Source of the DNA: Sarea resinae
Lineage: Eukaryota
Length of the DNA stretch: 30,138 bases
Direction of reading: 5' to 3'
Assembly (NCBI GenBank): GCA_026026165.1
Contig: JAPEUD010000060.1
Span: forward strand, 124,001-154,138
Shown: one piece after another, positions 1 through 12,491 of the stretch
Layout: each line of letters starts with the position of its first letter
Numbering within the stretch: the stretch's first letter is position 1
The notes under the pieces: generated by a model
The model's database searches: none
The model's input: the letters and a program-made list of their open reading frames with translations, nothing else
What the model was told of the DNA's origin: nothing
Made by a program: the position numbers and the translations under genes

Positions 1-1082
1 CTTGTTCCTCCAAAGCCAAGTGGTGCAGATGCCGTTGCACCGGATAATGCAAGCTCAAAGAGCATCCAAATCCATGGACTCTCTGAGGAGGAGAATACGC
101 GTCTCGTTCGTCAGGTTGCAGAGATGGCTGCGACAGCCGCCACTGTAGCCGCTCGCGATGCAACAAGGGCTCCGCGCAAGACCTCAGCCATCGCCCATGC
201 TCCCGCTCGGACGGGTGACAAGCCTCAGATGCAGCGTTCAGTCACCGGCACTGCCACCATCCATGACAATGACGATGCCGTCGCTGCTGAGGCCTTGACG
301 AGTGGTGGTACCCATGATGCGCCGAACTGGAGTAGAGCTAAGAGTACAGTGATCTTGCTTGGTGCTACATTTCTCTACGCAATCATTGCAGAGATTCTGG
401 TCAATACTGTAGATGTGGTGCTGGAGAGCGTCGATATCGATGAAAAGTTCCTTGGTATCACTTTATTTGCGCTTGTCCCTAACACTACGGAATTCCTGGT
501 AAGATGACTTCACCTCCTTCGATCGTAGAGCCACAGAAACTGATTTCAAAACGCAGAACGCCATATCATTTGCAATGAATGGTAATATTGCTCTATCTAT
601 GGAGATTGGATCCGCATATGCGTTGCAAGTCTGTCTCCTGCAGATTCCGGCCCTGGTCCTATTCAGTGCCGTCAGCGGACGGTATATAGACCCCGCCGAT
701 CTCGTCAATCATACCTTCAGGTAAGCCATTTCCGCTGTTCCCGCTGTTCCAACATCAAAAAATGTCACAACTGACTTGTGCTAGTCTCATCTTTCCTCAA
801 TGGGACATGGTGACTGTGATCCTTTGTGTTTTTCTCCTCAGCTATATGTACGGCGAAGGGAAAAGCAACTACTTCAAAGGCAGCATCATGATCATGAGCT
901 ATCTGGTTGTGATGGTCGGCTTCTACTTCTCGGGCCTGACGGATGTCGATCTCATGGGTACATCTCGCTTTGATACTCCTCAGCCTTCTATCCCTCCAAT
1001 TTCCGGGCCTGTATCCACTTCCGTGTCCGTTCCTCGCTCTTTCAGGACCATAGGGAGAGGAAAGGTTGGAAGAGCGTATTAA
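1..1082 (+). CDS. VNX1: CaCA-family cation/H+ antiporter, VNX1-like (5'-truncated by the window)
   Basis: Frame is open from base 1. Exons <1-498, 557-720, 785-1082; introns 499-556 (GTAAGA..CAG) and 721-784 (GTAAGC..TAG). The spliced protein has the alpha-2 repeat FLGITLFALVPNTTEFLNAISFAMNGNIALSMEIGSAYALQV and C-terminal TM segments (EGKSNYFKGS). The PNTTE variant is typical of Vnx1. Confidence 0.88.
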
Positions 1083-1960
1083 GTTTTCATTATGCACCGT
1101 TTTGGGTCTGCGCTTCGTGGCGTTGGGCGGTATGCTTATTCTTTTTATTCTCATGGTTATGGCGCTCTAGGTCTTTTGGTTTTTTTTTTTTTTTGAGCGT
1201 GCATCCCATCTCAAGCAATTCAGCCTCTTGGTCCTGTCTTCTTGTTTTTCACATGTTGCTCCATCAGTTGCTGTGAGTCTGCCCTTAGAGTTCTTATACT
1301 CTGTGTGCTTCATTCCCACTTCTTCTCTGCTTCCGCTAGACTACATTTTACAGATAGTATCATAATCATGAGGAGCCGCGTCTCCGAGCTTTACTTTTGC
1401 ACATCCAATCCACCGTTTGAACAGATTCAGGATGAGAAGTCTAGAGCGAAGCGGTGGATGACATGGTGATCGATACGGTCTGATGATCTCAGCACTCGTC
1501 CCTATCGGACAGAGTGGCATATGTACCCGTACATTCAAGTGATGACCCCTTAGAAACGCCATACCCATCCGCTTCGCCGCCGCTACCCATTGAGAATAGA
1601 ATTAACGGCAAGTGCAAGCCAATCCAGCTTTGAATGAGTAGCAAAGTGATATTTGTACATAATACGCATGAGAGCGGAAGATGAAAGCCGGTTGTTTGGG
1701 GAATTTCCCTAACACTCCACGATGACTTCAAGAGTTTGGAGCCTGGTAAGAGCTCATGATCATTTCAGATCGTGGTCCCGTCAATATTGGACCGAGTGGA
1801 CGATGGCAGCACGACGGGCCGGATGGGCATATTCCTTCAGATGTAGAGAAGCGGAGATAGAGAGTCGCTTGCGGAGTCGATGGGGGAATCGGATTCGTTC
1901 GTCGTGTTTCGGCGGAGAACAAAATAGAGGAGTTCGGGAAAGGTGGGAGGGTTATGTAAA

Positions 1961-2396
1961 TTATAGGACGCCGTCATGCTCCCCTGGCAATCTCTCCACG
2001 CGCTTTTGCTCCCAGTCGTCGAGGTCTTTGGCTGCTAGGCGCTGTAGCCCCAACACGAATTAGCACCTCTTCTCTTCATCTCAGGTCCCTGACAGCTCCT
2101 CTCCCCCACAAAGGGCATTGAAAACATACGTAGTATTCCTCTCTCACATCCACACGCCTTCGGTCCTTGCCAATTCCCAGAGCTTCCTCCTGAGTCATCT
2201 GCTGCACCTTTCGATCATGCTTCTCGTACCGGATCGCCGCGGCCGGGGTCAGGAAGAAGGAGCCGGCCACCATGGTCAGGATGAAGGGTAAGCCGAAGAG
2301 GGCGAAGGGGTGTTTTTGCATGGCAACGCGATAGCGGGCGCCAATGGTATTGGATTGGGAGGATGGCCGAAAGGCCTTGCGCTGGAAAGTCGGCAT
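1961..2396 (-). CDS. COX16: Cytochrome c oxidase assembly protein COX16 (115 aa)
   Basis: Exons 2396-2130 and 2041-1961; intron 2129-2042 (GTATGT..GCTAAT..CAG). Protein has KHPFALFGLPFILTMVAGSFFLT (single TM), IRYEKHDRK, DVREEYYRL and DDWEQKRVERLPGE. Confidence 0.93.
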
Positions 2397-2639
2397 ATTC
2401 CTTTTTCGGAGAGCACGTCAACAATGGGTCAAGAATGTGGTGTTGATAGTTGATGGTGGCGGACCAGAAATTCGAGTAATGCGCAGAGCCGGTAGAGTGA
2501 CGTGGAGTCCTCGGGTGCCGGTACGGCGTACCTAGGACACCATGTAGGTAAGAGGTGCTACGGACACGAGGATGTACCAACAGTACAGTCTACACCTCCG
2601 TCTACCTCACAGCTGTTGCTCGACTACTGACGCCTCCAC

Positions 2640-2664
2640 GATCTCCATGATCTCCATGATCTCC
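2640..2664. repeat. (GATCTCCAT) x ~2.8 tandem repeat in the COX16/RPT6 divergent intergenic region
   Basis: gatctccatgatctccatgatctcc read directly. Confidence 0.8.
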
Positions 2665-2800
2665 GCCCATCAGCAACAATAGGTACAGTGCATCCTGCCC
2701 AGAATTATCTCGACTTCTCCTGAGTTCAACTTCTCTGGCCCCATCACCCCTCTCATTTCTCGTCTGTTCCGTGGCTGCTAGCTGCGAATCGCCATCCATC

Positions 2801-4151
2801 ATGGCGCTCGACAGCTTCTTCCACAACAAGATCGAGAGCATGAAGCTCGAGATCATCCAAGGCCAAGCCGTCCTGCGACGGCTAGAAGCGCAGAGGAATG
2901 ACTACAACTCGAGAGGTACGCTCAACGCTCAGCACCAGCTGTCCTACCTTTACTGCCATCTAACACCCTTCAGTTCGTTTATTACGAGAAGAGCTAGGCC
3001 TGCTGCAGCAGCCAGGCTCCTACGTCGGCGAAGTCATCAAGGTCATGGGAACGAAGAAGGTGCTCGTGAAGGTGCATCCAGAGGGGAAATATGGTGAGCC
3101 TCGTCGCCATATGTTGGTTCGAACAGCATGACACTGATACCCAGGCAGTCGTCGACGTCTCCGACGATGTGGACATGTCCAAACTCACCGTCGGCAAACG
3201 AGTAACGCTCCTTTCGGACTCGTACAAACTCGAAAAGATGCTCCCCAGCTCGGTCGATCCGCTTGTCTCCCTCATGATGGTCGAAAAGGTACCCGACAGC
3301 ACCTATGACATGATCGGTGGTCTGGACCAACAAATCAAAGAGATCAAGGAAGTCATCGAGCTCGGCCTCAAGCATCCGGAACTCTTTGAGTCGCTGGGGA
3401 TTGCGCAACCCAAGGGTGTTCTGCTGTACGGCCCACCCGGTACAGGGAAGACACTGCTCGCGAGAGCGGTGGCGCACCACACAGCCTGCAAATTCATTCG
3501 CGTGTCAGGGTCTGAGCTAGTACAAAAGTATATCGGCGAAGGTAGTCGCATGGTTCGAGAGCTGTTCGTGATGGCGCGCGAGCATGCACCCAGCATCATC
3601 TTCATGGACGAGATCGACAGCATTGGGTCTAGCCGAGTGGAGGGTAGCAGTGGCGGCGACTCGGAAGTGCAGCGGACGATGTTGGAGCTGCTAAATCAGC
3701 TCGATGGGTTTGAACCGACCAAGAACATTAAGGTCATCATGGCGACCAATCGTCTTGATATCCTTGACCCTGCGCTCTTACGTCCGGGTAGAATAGACCG
3801 GAAGATTGAATTCCCACCTCCAACGTAAGTTCTCCTCGACCATCGTGAGCCGCAGGCTCCCATAATTTCTAACACAAATCCCTTCCATACAGAGTCGAAG
3901 CCCGAGCCGACATCCTGCGCATCCACAGCCGCAGCATGAATCTTACGCGTGGCATCAACCTGATGAAGATTGCCGAGAAGATGAACGGCTGCAGCGGTGC
4001 CGAGCTCAAGGGCGTGTGCACCGAGGCCGGCATGTTCGCTCTCCGGGAGAGGAGAGTACATGTCACGCAGGAGGATTTCGACCTCGCGACCGCCAAGGTG
4101 CTGAATAAGCACGACGATAAACAGATGAGTTTGACCAAGTTGTGGAAGTAA
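2801..4151 (+). CDS. RPT6: 26S proteasome regulatory AAA-ATPase subunit Rpt6/Sug1 (389 aa)
   Basis: Exons 2801-2915, 2974-3093, 3149-3824, 3893-4151; all introns GT-AG and frame-consistent. Walker A GPPGTGKT, Walker [37 protein letters not shown]-terminal coiled coil [23 protein letters not shown]-terminus KLWK. Confidence 0.97.
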
Positions 4152-4471
4152 GTGGGGGCGCGTGGGAGGGGTCGTTTCCTAGGAGGTGGAGGGGTGGAGG
4201 GAGAGCAGGGGGAAGCCAGCATGCGAGACGAAGAACCACTTTGTTTGGACTCCACACAGAGGAGAGAGAGAGCGCGAGAGGTGGAGAGAGCTGCCAAGCC
4301 AAGCAGTGCTGGTGATTGCCTACCCATTCATTGTCCGTGTGGGTCGGCCGGCACCTCTTATTCGAGTCCAATGAATTTGTCTCGCTCCGTTGTGAAATTT
4401 CTGTTATCCATCATGGTTGCGATCATGGTGATGGTGTACTTTCTCTCTTTGTATCGTCTCATCCCTAAATT

Positions 4472-4760
4472 CATCCCATCCCATCCCATCCCATCCCACC
4501 TCATCCAAAGTAGACATTCATTCTTCAACCAACAATCACGGAAAGCTCAGCCTGCGCCCGCCATACAACACCGTATTCAAATCAAGTCAGATAGCGCGAC
4601 GACGACGACGACGAGATGCAGCAGTCTCGAACGTCAAGGGATCACTAAGTAACTAACAGGGACGGGTGGACAGTCGGACGGGCGGATGGGCGGACGGGCG
4701 GGCGGACGGACGGAAACGGGGAGAGGAGGGAGGGAGGGAGGCAGGCAGGCAGATAGATAG
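4472..4760. repeat. Low-complexity microsatellite block: (CATCC)5, (GAC)n, degenerate (GGRC)n, (GGGA)n, (GGCA)n, (GATA)n
   Basis: (CATCC)5 at 4472-4496, GAC run near 4598-4612, and a tetranucleotide mosaic at about 4660-4760. Lies between the convergent RPT6 and phosphatase 3' ends. Confidence 0.8.
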
Positions 4761-5631
4761 CGCGGGAGCCGTACTGCATACCTAGACATGAAAGAAACCA
4801 TGCTTTATGTTTCTCCACGATGGGATACGTACGGATAAGAAAATATCCATCTCCCTCACTCTCTCCCTAGCCGAAGTAAGTAGACGGTACAGCAGACATC
4901 ATTCTCACATTTTGTTTTGCTTTGTTTTTTTGGGGGGGTTTTTTGGGGGGTTTTCTTTCTTTTTTTGACAAGGAGATGAAGTAAAGCATCCATTGTAGTC
5001 GACTGGTCTTCATTTTCTCCTGCTACAGAAAGGAAAATGTGGACATTCGGTGAATATAATAATGTATAATCCATATTATCTCTCTCGGAAAATCTTCAAT
5101 AAATGTATCCCCCCTTCTCCAACCACGCCCTACCCAAAAGGAAAGAAGAACAGAAATCCACCAATCGACTTTCAAGAAAAAAGGAACTCATATCTATAGT
5201 AGTAAAACATATTTATTCAACCACAGAACCATCATATTTGAGTCTTCTAGAGAAGCAGAAACGAAAATAAAAAGAACAAATAAACAAAGTAACACCCTAT
5301 ATGATGCACCTTCCCGTCGCACATGCACGCTTTGCATCCCCCCTTGATCTGCCCTGCCCACATGTTCTTCCATGCTTAAATCACATCGCTGTCGTATTTT
5401 CGTCGCGTCTCGTCTGATCTCGAGCCACTTCGAGGCCTCTGAAAAGACCCCTGGCCGATCGCAAAAAGAGACAGATAAAAGAAAGAAAAGGAAGATGATA
5501 ATATAATGTATATGTAGAAACCGCATCTTTGAATCGAAACTCCATCCCAACGACTCAGTAGCGCCGGACAGCCATCACCTAAGGTTATGGTCAGCACCAC
5601 CACCACCAAAAAGACCCTGACAAACTGCCAA

Positions 5632-8413
5632 CTACCTCCTCCTCTTTTCCGCCGGCCCAGGTGTATCCTCCTGCCAGCCCCCACCAAGCGCTACATCTTC
5701 GTCAACAAGCCATTCCAAAACACTCTCATAACATAGCACAAATTGCCGAAGGCTCTGCACCATACTCAGTCTCTGGTGCCTGAAATCCTCGACAGTCTTA
5801 GCCACGAGATCGACGTCGTCGCGATTGATCCAATCGCTGTCCCCCTCCATGAGATCATCCCGGCTAAGCGGTAACGACAAAGTCGAAGGTGAATCAATCT
5901 CCATGGGCGAGATTGGCTCGCGTTTGCCCTTGCTCCGACTGCCACGAAAGCGCTGTTGACGCTGTAACATGTCGATGACAGAATCGACGGTGCAGAAAGT
6001 CCCCGTACGGCCGCAACCGGCGCTGCAGTGAACGAGGACGGGGCGAGCTTTGCCGGGTTGGGGTGAAACGGGGCTGCCATTTTGAGAAGCTAGGCCGGGC
6101 GAGGTCGAGGATCTGATTATGGTGTTGCATCGGTCGACGATGCCAAGGAGATGGGATGGATGGGCGGGAGTGCCGAAATCGGGCCAGCTGGAATACTGCA
6201 ACTGGGTAATCTCACGCATGGGTGTGAATGGATGAGCGTTGTGCGACAGCGTAAAAGTACGGATGATGATATGAGGTATATCGCAGGGTGAAGCTGGAAA
6301 AGAGATTTCCTTTGTGGACTTGCTGCTCGGATCCGTCGAGCCTCGACGGTCTGGACTCTCAGTCTCCCCTGTTCGAGATAGGCCAAAGCCTTGGAGGGGA
6401 ACCCGCCGCTCGGAAAGAGCTTTTAATCTCAACGGTCCGTAATCCTTACCGGTCCAATAAGGATGACATTTGAGCTGGCCGCCTTCCGTCTCGGCTGTCA
6501 GCATGATAATCACACGGACATCCTGTTCCCAAACCACCCTCCAGAAGTCCTGTAACAGTATTAGCTTGTCGCCCTGAAAGTGTTGCTGAACTCAACATAC
6601 ATCAAAAGTTGAAGGTATTGGCCCCTGAGTGGCAATGTACTCCTTCTTGCTCCAGCTAGCCTTGACATGATTGGCATTTATGTAGTCACACGACCCTGCT
6701 GGAACTCCCTGCAATTTGACCCTGGAGTGGTCGTAGGGCCAGATGTTGTTATACCTATTCTTCGCCCCCTTCTCGATCCCAGCGATCTGTACGGTTTTCC
6801 GCGCATCTGGACCGGGCGTACCGTAACAGACGTTTCCAGACAGAGCTTCTTGCATTCGCTTCTGCTCGGCCTTCTCAATATTAAGAAATTTATCAGCCAC
6901 AGACTTTCCACGATCGCGTTCGTCCGATGCTTTCCGGATCCAACTTGGGAGTCGGGATTCCTTCTGCTTTGACATCAACGCCGGACGTCTGATTGGGAAT
7001 TGGCCAACGCCACCGATGAGGTCCATGTTCTGGCGGATATTACCGAAGAAAGGGTTGGCAGCAGATTTCGTGGCAGGCATAGGGCAACCACCAGCTACAG
7101 CCGTTGGTCCAGGCTTTGACGGGCTGAGCGAAAGCCCCTTCACGGTGGGAGATGCCGATTCGCTCTTTACAGACTCTACCTTGTCAGGGAATTGCTTCGA
7201 GAATTCCGCAAAGCCACCTAGAGTACAGTTTAGCGCGTCTCATTGAGCAAAGCATATAGGTCAGCATACCTCGTAAGATGTAAGGATGCCCTCTCCAGCC
7301 TTCGTTCGTAAATTTCCTTAGCGTATTGACCGCCGAGACTGCATCCCTGATTTGTGCCGAGTTTGCATCATAGAAAATGATGTATTTGCTTTCCTTCCAG
7401 CGAAGGAACACTTCCTTGTCCTCTGGTCGGGAAAATGTATCCAGGAGCTTTTGCACGGTGAATGACGGCCTTTTCAGTAAGGTCGTAGGTATACACAGGT
7501 TGATGGCACCATTGATACGAGACTGTGCAAATTGTGGATATGTCCTCAGGTCCAACAAGATGATCCCGGTCTTCGACGTATTTCGGATGTCAACGAAGTG
7601 TTTGGGGGTAATCAAAGTCAGCCCATCGCGATCTAGACTGGCCGGCAATGTCTGGGCTCGGTGGTCCTTTGAGGGCAATGGTGGGGATCGAAGAGCTTCA
7701 TGGGGTAATGAGAGGCGAGGATGTCGAAATTCGCTCTCGGATGATGGATCGGCTGTCTCATCGTTTCTGAAGTTGAGGGGGGATTGCTGTCGAGGGATGT
7801 CGAAGAAAGAGGGTTCACTCCCTAGGGATTGCTGTAATGTTGGGTCCGGAACAACTGGCGTGTCAAGGTCCATTCGGTCTTTGCTGTTCGGTCCACGACT
7901 TCGATCAGGTGGCGCCATCGACCTTGATGATTCGGCATGCTCAGTCTTGATCTTACTACTTGCTGAACGCCCCAGACTCGGCCGCTTGTTCAGATTCATA
8001 GCGGCATTTGAGAGATTGCCAAGATTGAAGCTCTGCAGCTCCGACTGTTTCCTTTGGAACTCCTCAAACTCTGGATTCGCACTGAGCGGAACGGCCTTGG
8101 GAGATTTTCCAGTCGCGGAACGAACGGTCAGAGAAGAGGGACTGAGATTTCCGTGAACACCACTGGAGTCGAGAACATCCTTCGTCGGATCAACGTGGAG
8201 CGAGAAGTAACTTTGGCTTTGAGATGGAGGAGACCGCGGCTTCGCCGAAAGGAGAGGAGGCATGGCAGATGGTTGGAGAGACGTCGACTCCGGCGGGGAA
8301 AGCCAGGAGGCGGGATGGTTGAAGAGGGTCGGTGCTGACGGATTGGGCGACTCGCGTGCAGGGAAGTCCCAGGAAGATCGTGGAGATGGGCCGGTAGCAG
8401 CAGGTGCGGCCAT
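5632..8413 (-). CDS. pyp1: Protein tyrosine phosphatase with N-terminal rhodanese-like domain, Pyp1/Ptp2/Ptp3-type MAPK phosphatase (about 892 aa)
   Basis: Exons 8413-7270, 7217-6601, 6549-5632; introns 7269-7218 and 6600-6550 (GTATG..YAG). Rhodanese motif [36 protein letters not shown] motifs [31 protein letters not shown], catalytic [11 protein letters not shown] and Q-loop MVQSLRQF. Confidence 0.93.
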
Positions 8414-8627
8414 GGAGCTACTCTTCGACCGTCGATCGAAGAAGAGGAGACTTTCGTTTTCGAAGAAGTCGATGAGGAGAGCGAGAGGTAAGTTGTGCGT
8501 CAGTTAGATCGGCATGGCTACCTACCTTCATCTATCTCGATTGATGAAGGATAGATGAGGAATGAGTTGCAGTGGCCATATCTGGCGAATATCGAAGAGC
8601 AGCCTGCTACGGGGAATAGAAGAGGTT

Positions 8628-8745
8628 AGAGGTAAGTAGGTAGGCAGGTCAGGTCAGGTAAGGCAAGGAAAAAAGGTAGGTGCGGTAGGAGGTTAGCACC
8701 ACTACGTAGTATGTCAGGTAGGTAAGGTAGGTAGGTAGGCAAGGA
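8628..8745. repeat. Degenerate (GGTA)n/(TACC)n tract upstream of the phosphatase
   Basis: Repeated aggt/ggta units (e.g. ggtaggtaaggtaggtaggtaggc). Pyrimidine-rich on the phosphatase coding strand. Confidence 0.65.
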
Positions 8746-9392
8746 AGGGGAGACCCCTATGACGTACAGAAGAGGCGAAGAAGGTACGATGGGTACTTAG
8801 TTCAGTAGGTACCTAGTGGTAAGTAACGTAGTGGCGAGATCCGCGGGCAATCCAGATCGGAAAGGATGGATGGATGGAGGCGTCGAGGACGGTGTAGAGC
8901 AGGCAGAGTCCTCTCAGGCAAGACGACGACCACGGATGGATGAGGTGTGATAGATGCCGTACTGGGTAGGTGCGACTGAAAGGGAGAGAATGGATCTTGA
9001 TCTGTCATCAATCCCCAGGGGAGGTACATGGACAAGTAGAGTAATGCAGTGGTGATGGTGATTCAGCGGCATTTGCATTTGAGCTCGAAAACTCATCCAT
9101 CCATGTGTGGGTAGAATAGGTAGAGAGAGGCAGAAAGAGGCAGAGAGAGGCGGGTGGGGAGCTGTAGGTATCCCAAGGGTACTGGCTTAGGCAGGTACTG
9201 CCTTAGCATCCTTCCGACAAGCACTGCACCTTCAGGTGAAGTACTCTAGTGAAGTAGCCCTAAGGAATGACGATGGATCCATTCCGTCGTGAGCGATGAC
9301 GCCGCCTGGGGGGAGGGGATTACGGAGTGGGAGTACTCGTACGAAGTACTCCGAGTACAGTCGACAGGAGGCAGCCCGAGCCGGAGCTGTTT

Positions 9393-9400
9393 TGACGTCA
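9393..9400. promoter_or_regulatory. Perfect CRE palindrome TGACGTCA (candidate ATF/CREB bZIP site)
   Basis: Exact TGACGTCA in the divergent intergenic region between the phosphatase and the F-box gene. Function is inferred. Confidence 0.4.
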
Positions 9401-9957
9401 TGTCCCAGTACTCCGTACACTACTGAGGTGCGTACAATGTACCTGAGTCACGCATCCTCTCCTCGTCCATCGGAACAGGTGAGAAAGTCAGAGGTCCTAT
9501 CTACTTCACCCACCGTGCTAAAGTGCTAGCCCGACCAAGTATCGGTCACCAACCCAACCCTCACCTCCTCCTGCCTTGGACCTCTAGACGTTGATGCTAG
9601 AAGGTGAATGTTGCATTGCAGTGCCAGTATGCTTCTGCACTCATGACTCCCCCTCCTCTGACTTCACGGCTACGGCCATGATATGAGGAGTGTGGATCTC
9701 AGTTGCTTACTACCATCTTAACGATGAGCATCCTCTTCTCATCTTTTTCTTTCTCGTCACTGTCTTTCTTTCGCTGACTGCCAGTCATCGTCCATCGTTC
9801 AAGGCCTGACTTATAGCGCCCACCATCCATCATCCATCGTCCCTCGTCCACGGCCTGCCGATCTCGCTTTGCGCATCCCTCTCCTGGCCCTCTCACGCCT
9901 CAGTGGGCAATCGATCATCTGGAATGCGTGCAATCGAAGTGCCCTACTCGATTGGCC

Positions 9958-11957
9958 ATGCCTGGGTTTGAAGGGCTTCCGCCTGAAATCCAGAACGCTG
10001 TCTTCTTTCATCTTGACCCCGCTAGCTTTTTCGCCATCACCAAAGTATCTCGCCATCTGAGAGACGTGGCATCCATGTCGAGAGCTGTTCTTCTTCACAA
10101 TTTGATTAAGATCCCCGGGTTCTGCTATGAAGTGGGCGGCTTGGCTGGACGCTTAAGGTCATCGCTTAGTCAATTCTCTGTCATCTGTGAGGATCGAGGC
10201 ATTGATAGACTCTCAGCCTCCACTCGAGAATATATCAAGAACATTTCTACGGCGGCATTGTTTCTCCGCTTCTGCAAATGGGCCACGAGAAGTTTGTTTG
10301 GAGCAGAGCAGAATGCTGACCTCATTCGATTCTCGACAACCGACGAGAGCGATATACGAACTGCGTTTCTTCGTTCTTTCCCTCGAGAAGGAGATGATAT
10401 CCTGGTGGTCAGACCCAAATCATACTTCTCCATAGTCAATCGTCCTCAGTCCTCAAGATTGATTGTCATTCGTAGAAGCGAAGCGAGATTACAGGTGTAC
10501 CGACTCACCGAAGGAGTGCCTCAATTAGAAATAGATTTGATCCCACACCTTCCAGACAGCGGGGAGAAAGAAGAGTACGAGTTCAAGGTCCTCCAAGTCG
10601 CATTTACAGGAGATTCACCGTCATCGACAACACACCCGGAAAGAATTTCTGTCCTTCTCCAATACAAGCCTTTAATAGAGAATGGATCATGCAGTGCTTT
10701 CATCCAAGAAGCCGTTGACAGGTCTTCAAAATTGCTGAAGCTTCTGACCTACACAACGGAATTAGATCAATCTCCGTCAAGGCCTTCTAGAAGACTTGTT
10801 CTGGGAAATACAAGAGATATAAGTATTCCAAATGGGCAATATCCTGTTGGCCTTGCCATGGCGACTGACTTGACGGCCGCTGTCTCCTGGAAACGTGAGA
10901 AAGATGGCCAAGTTGGGATACTAGTCTATGGGTGGAACGGTCGTGCATATGGTGAGTGACCGGGATTACATATTTGAGACCTTTTACCCTTCTTTGTCTT
11001 GGAGTTGTATCGCGACCAACCGTGTCTTATATCAAAAGCTTGTTCACGCGGAGCTAATGTATGGTCGAAGATCCATCACCGGAAATGATCACACCTGGCC
11101 CTGTACTTACGAACGGAGTCCGACGAATTTTCCTTGACGAGAAAATTACTATGGCTATGGCTCCCAGCTTGGGGTTTGTGACAAAAAACGAGGAGGAGAA
11201 ACTTCATTTCTTCCAGTCGGGTGTTCCTGATGTTGCTCGATTCTTCCAGTCAGACTACATTCCTTCCGTAGATGGCCAAGATGGCTGTGATGGCGATCTC
11301 TCGCAACGCAAGTTCACCCAAGACATCCATGTCAATGCCTCCTACCTCACAACGACCTCTTTCGATATCTCCAAAGAAAGTAGTGCAGCTATCGGAGCGG
11401 TAGCTTTCTCTGACCCTCTCGCCAGCATTAGCATGACGTTTCCGCTAGCAGCCGACTCCATGGAAAACATACGCACAAGCAGTCTGTTCCTTGGGCTTCC
11501 ATGGAATCCTCAGGGACCTTCCATAGCCTGCCTTGTAAGGGAAGTTCAGGATACTCATGGGCCTGACCCTTATTGGTTTCAAGCCGGAGAGGTTTCTGAG
11601 TCTTGGCATGTGGTTATGGTGCTTATTGGCTTTCCACGAAACTGGAGCTCCATAGGCCAGATCATCGCTACTTCTCCGAAGCTAACCCGCATCGCCGTTG
11701 CCAATTGGAGATCCGTGCTCGTGTGGACACTGGAACCTCATATCTTTCTAGGAGGTCGTACGGTGTGGGAGCGAAAAGAAGGTCTTCCTTGGAAGAGACA
11801 CCAAATCGTGCATCCCATGACTTTCGCCTCCGAGGGAGTTGTTCACAGCCTTAGTTTCGGCACCGACGATGTTCTCTGGGCCGTTACGGATCGCGGCCTG
11901 TTCCAGTGGAATATGGGTCCTTCTTCCGCTGGGAGACGGGAGACGTGGGAGTATTAA
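9958..11957 (+). CDS. F-box domain protein with probable C-terminal beta-rich/propeller-like region (about 626 aa)
   Basis: Exons 9958-10951 and 11071-11957; intron 10952-11070 (GTGAGT..GCTAAT..AAG), whose phase 1 joins the two long ORFs. N-terminal F-box-like LPPEIQNAVFFHLDPASFFAITKVSRHLR. C-terminus has WD-like strands RIAVANWRSVLVW and VLWAVTDRGLFQWNM. Confidence 0.72.
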
Positions 11958-12491
11958 CGAAGTTTTCTGTAGTGGTGGAATACTAAGACGGTCGGAAGTG
12001 GTAAAATTTCGACTTCGACGGTGCAGGCTCTGGCTCTCTGCCATGCATATTGCCGCATCATCCAGGGTTGTCCAAATCCAGCACCAGAGGTGAAGCGAAC
12101 TCTTTCAAGACGAGATCTGGGCACAGCTTCCAGCGCATTGGACATGACCCCAGCTTCAAAGTACTACATCTTCCTCTACGAGTATCGAAGCTTCGAAGCT
12201 CATGTCAAATACTTCACCAGCCCCCGAGATGGCAGTGCGCATCATCTGCCGGCTATTTTGAGTGCCTTGCCAGTCAGCTCCCTGCACCTGTACCCTTGAT
12301 CATAGCACGCATCATACCCCGGCGTTACTTTAGTTTACGTCGACTAATCTCTTCGTGTGTTTCCTTAGTCAAAAGGTCAATGAAGTGCATGCATTTACGG
12401 TGTGCCAGTGTTTCTTGTGTTGTATCAATTGACTGACTAGTGAATTTTGTTTGTTGAGATCAAATAAAACCCGCCGAACACTACCCTAGCC

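Noticed and set aside
2455..2463. GGTGGCGGA resembling the Rpn4/PACE element upstream of RPT6
   Set aside because: Only the 6-bp core matches GGTGGCAAA, and it lies closer to COX16. Too weak to call.
7377..8156. 259-aa antisense ORF within the phosphatase, and similar antisense ORFs in RPT6, ccg-9, the FGGY kinase and NIC96
   Set aside because: Shadow ORFs opposite well-supported genes, with no recognisable motifs.
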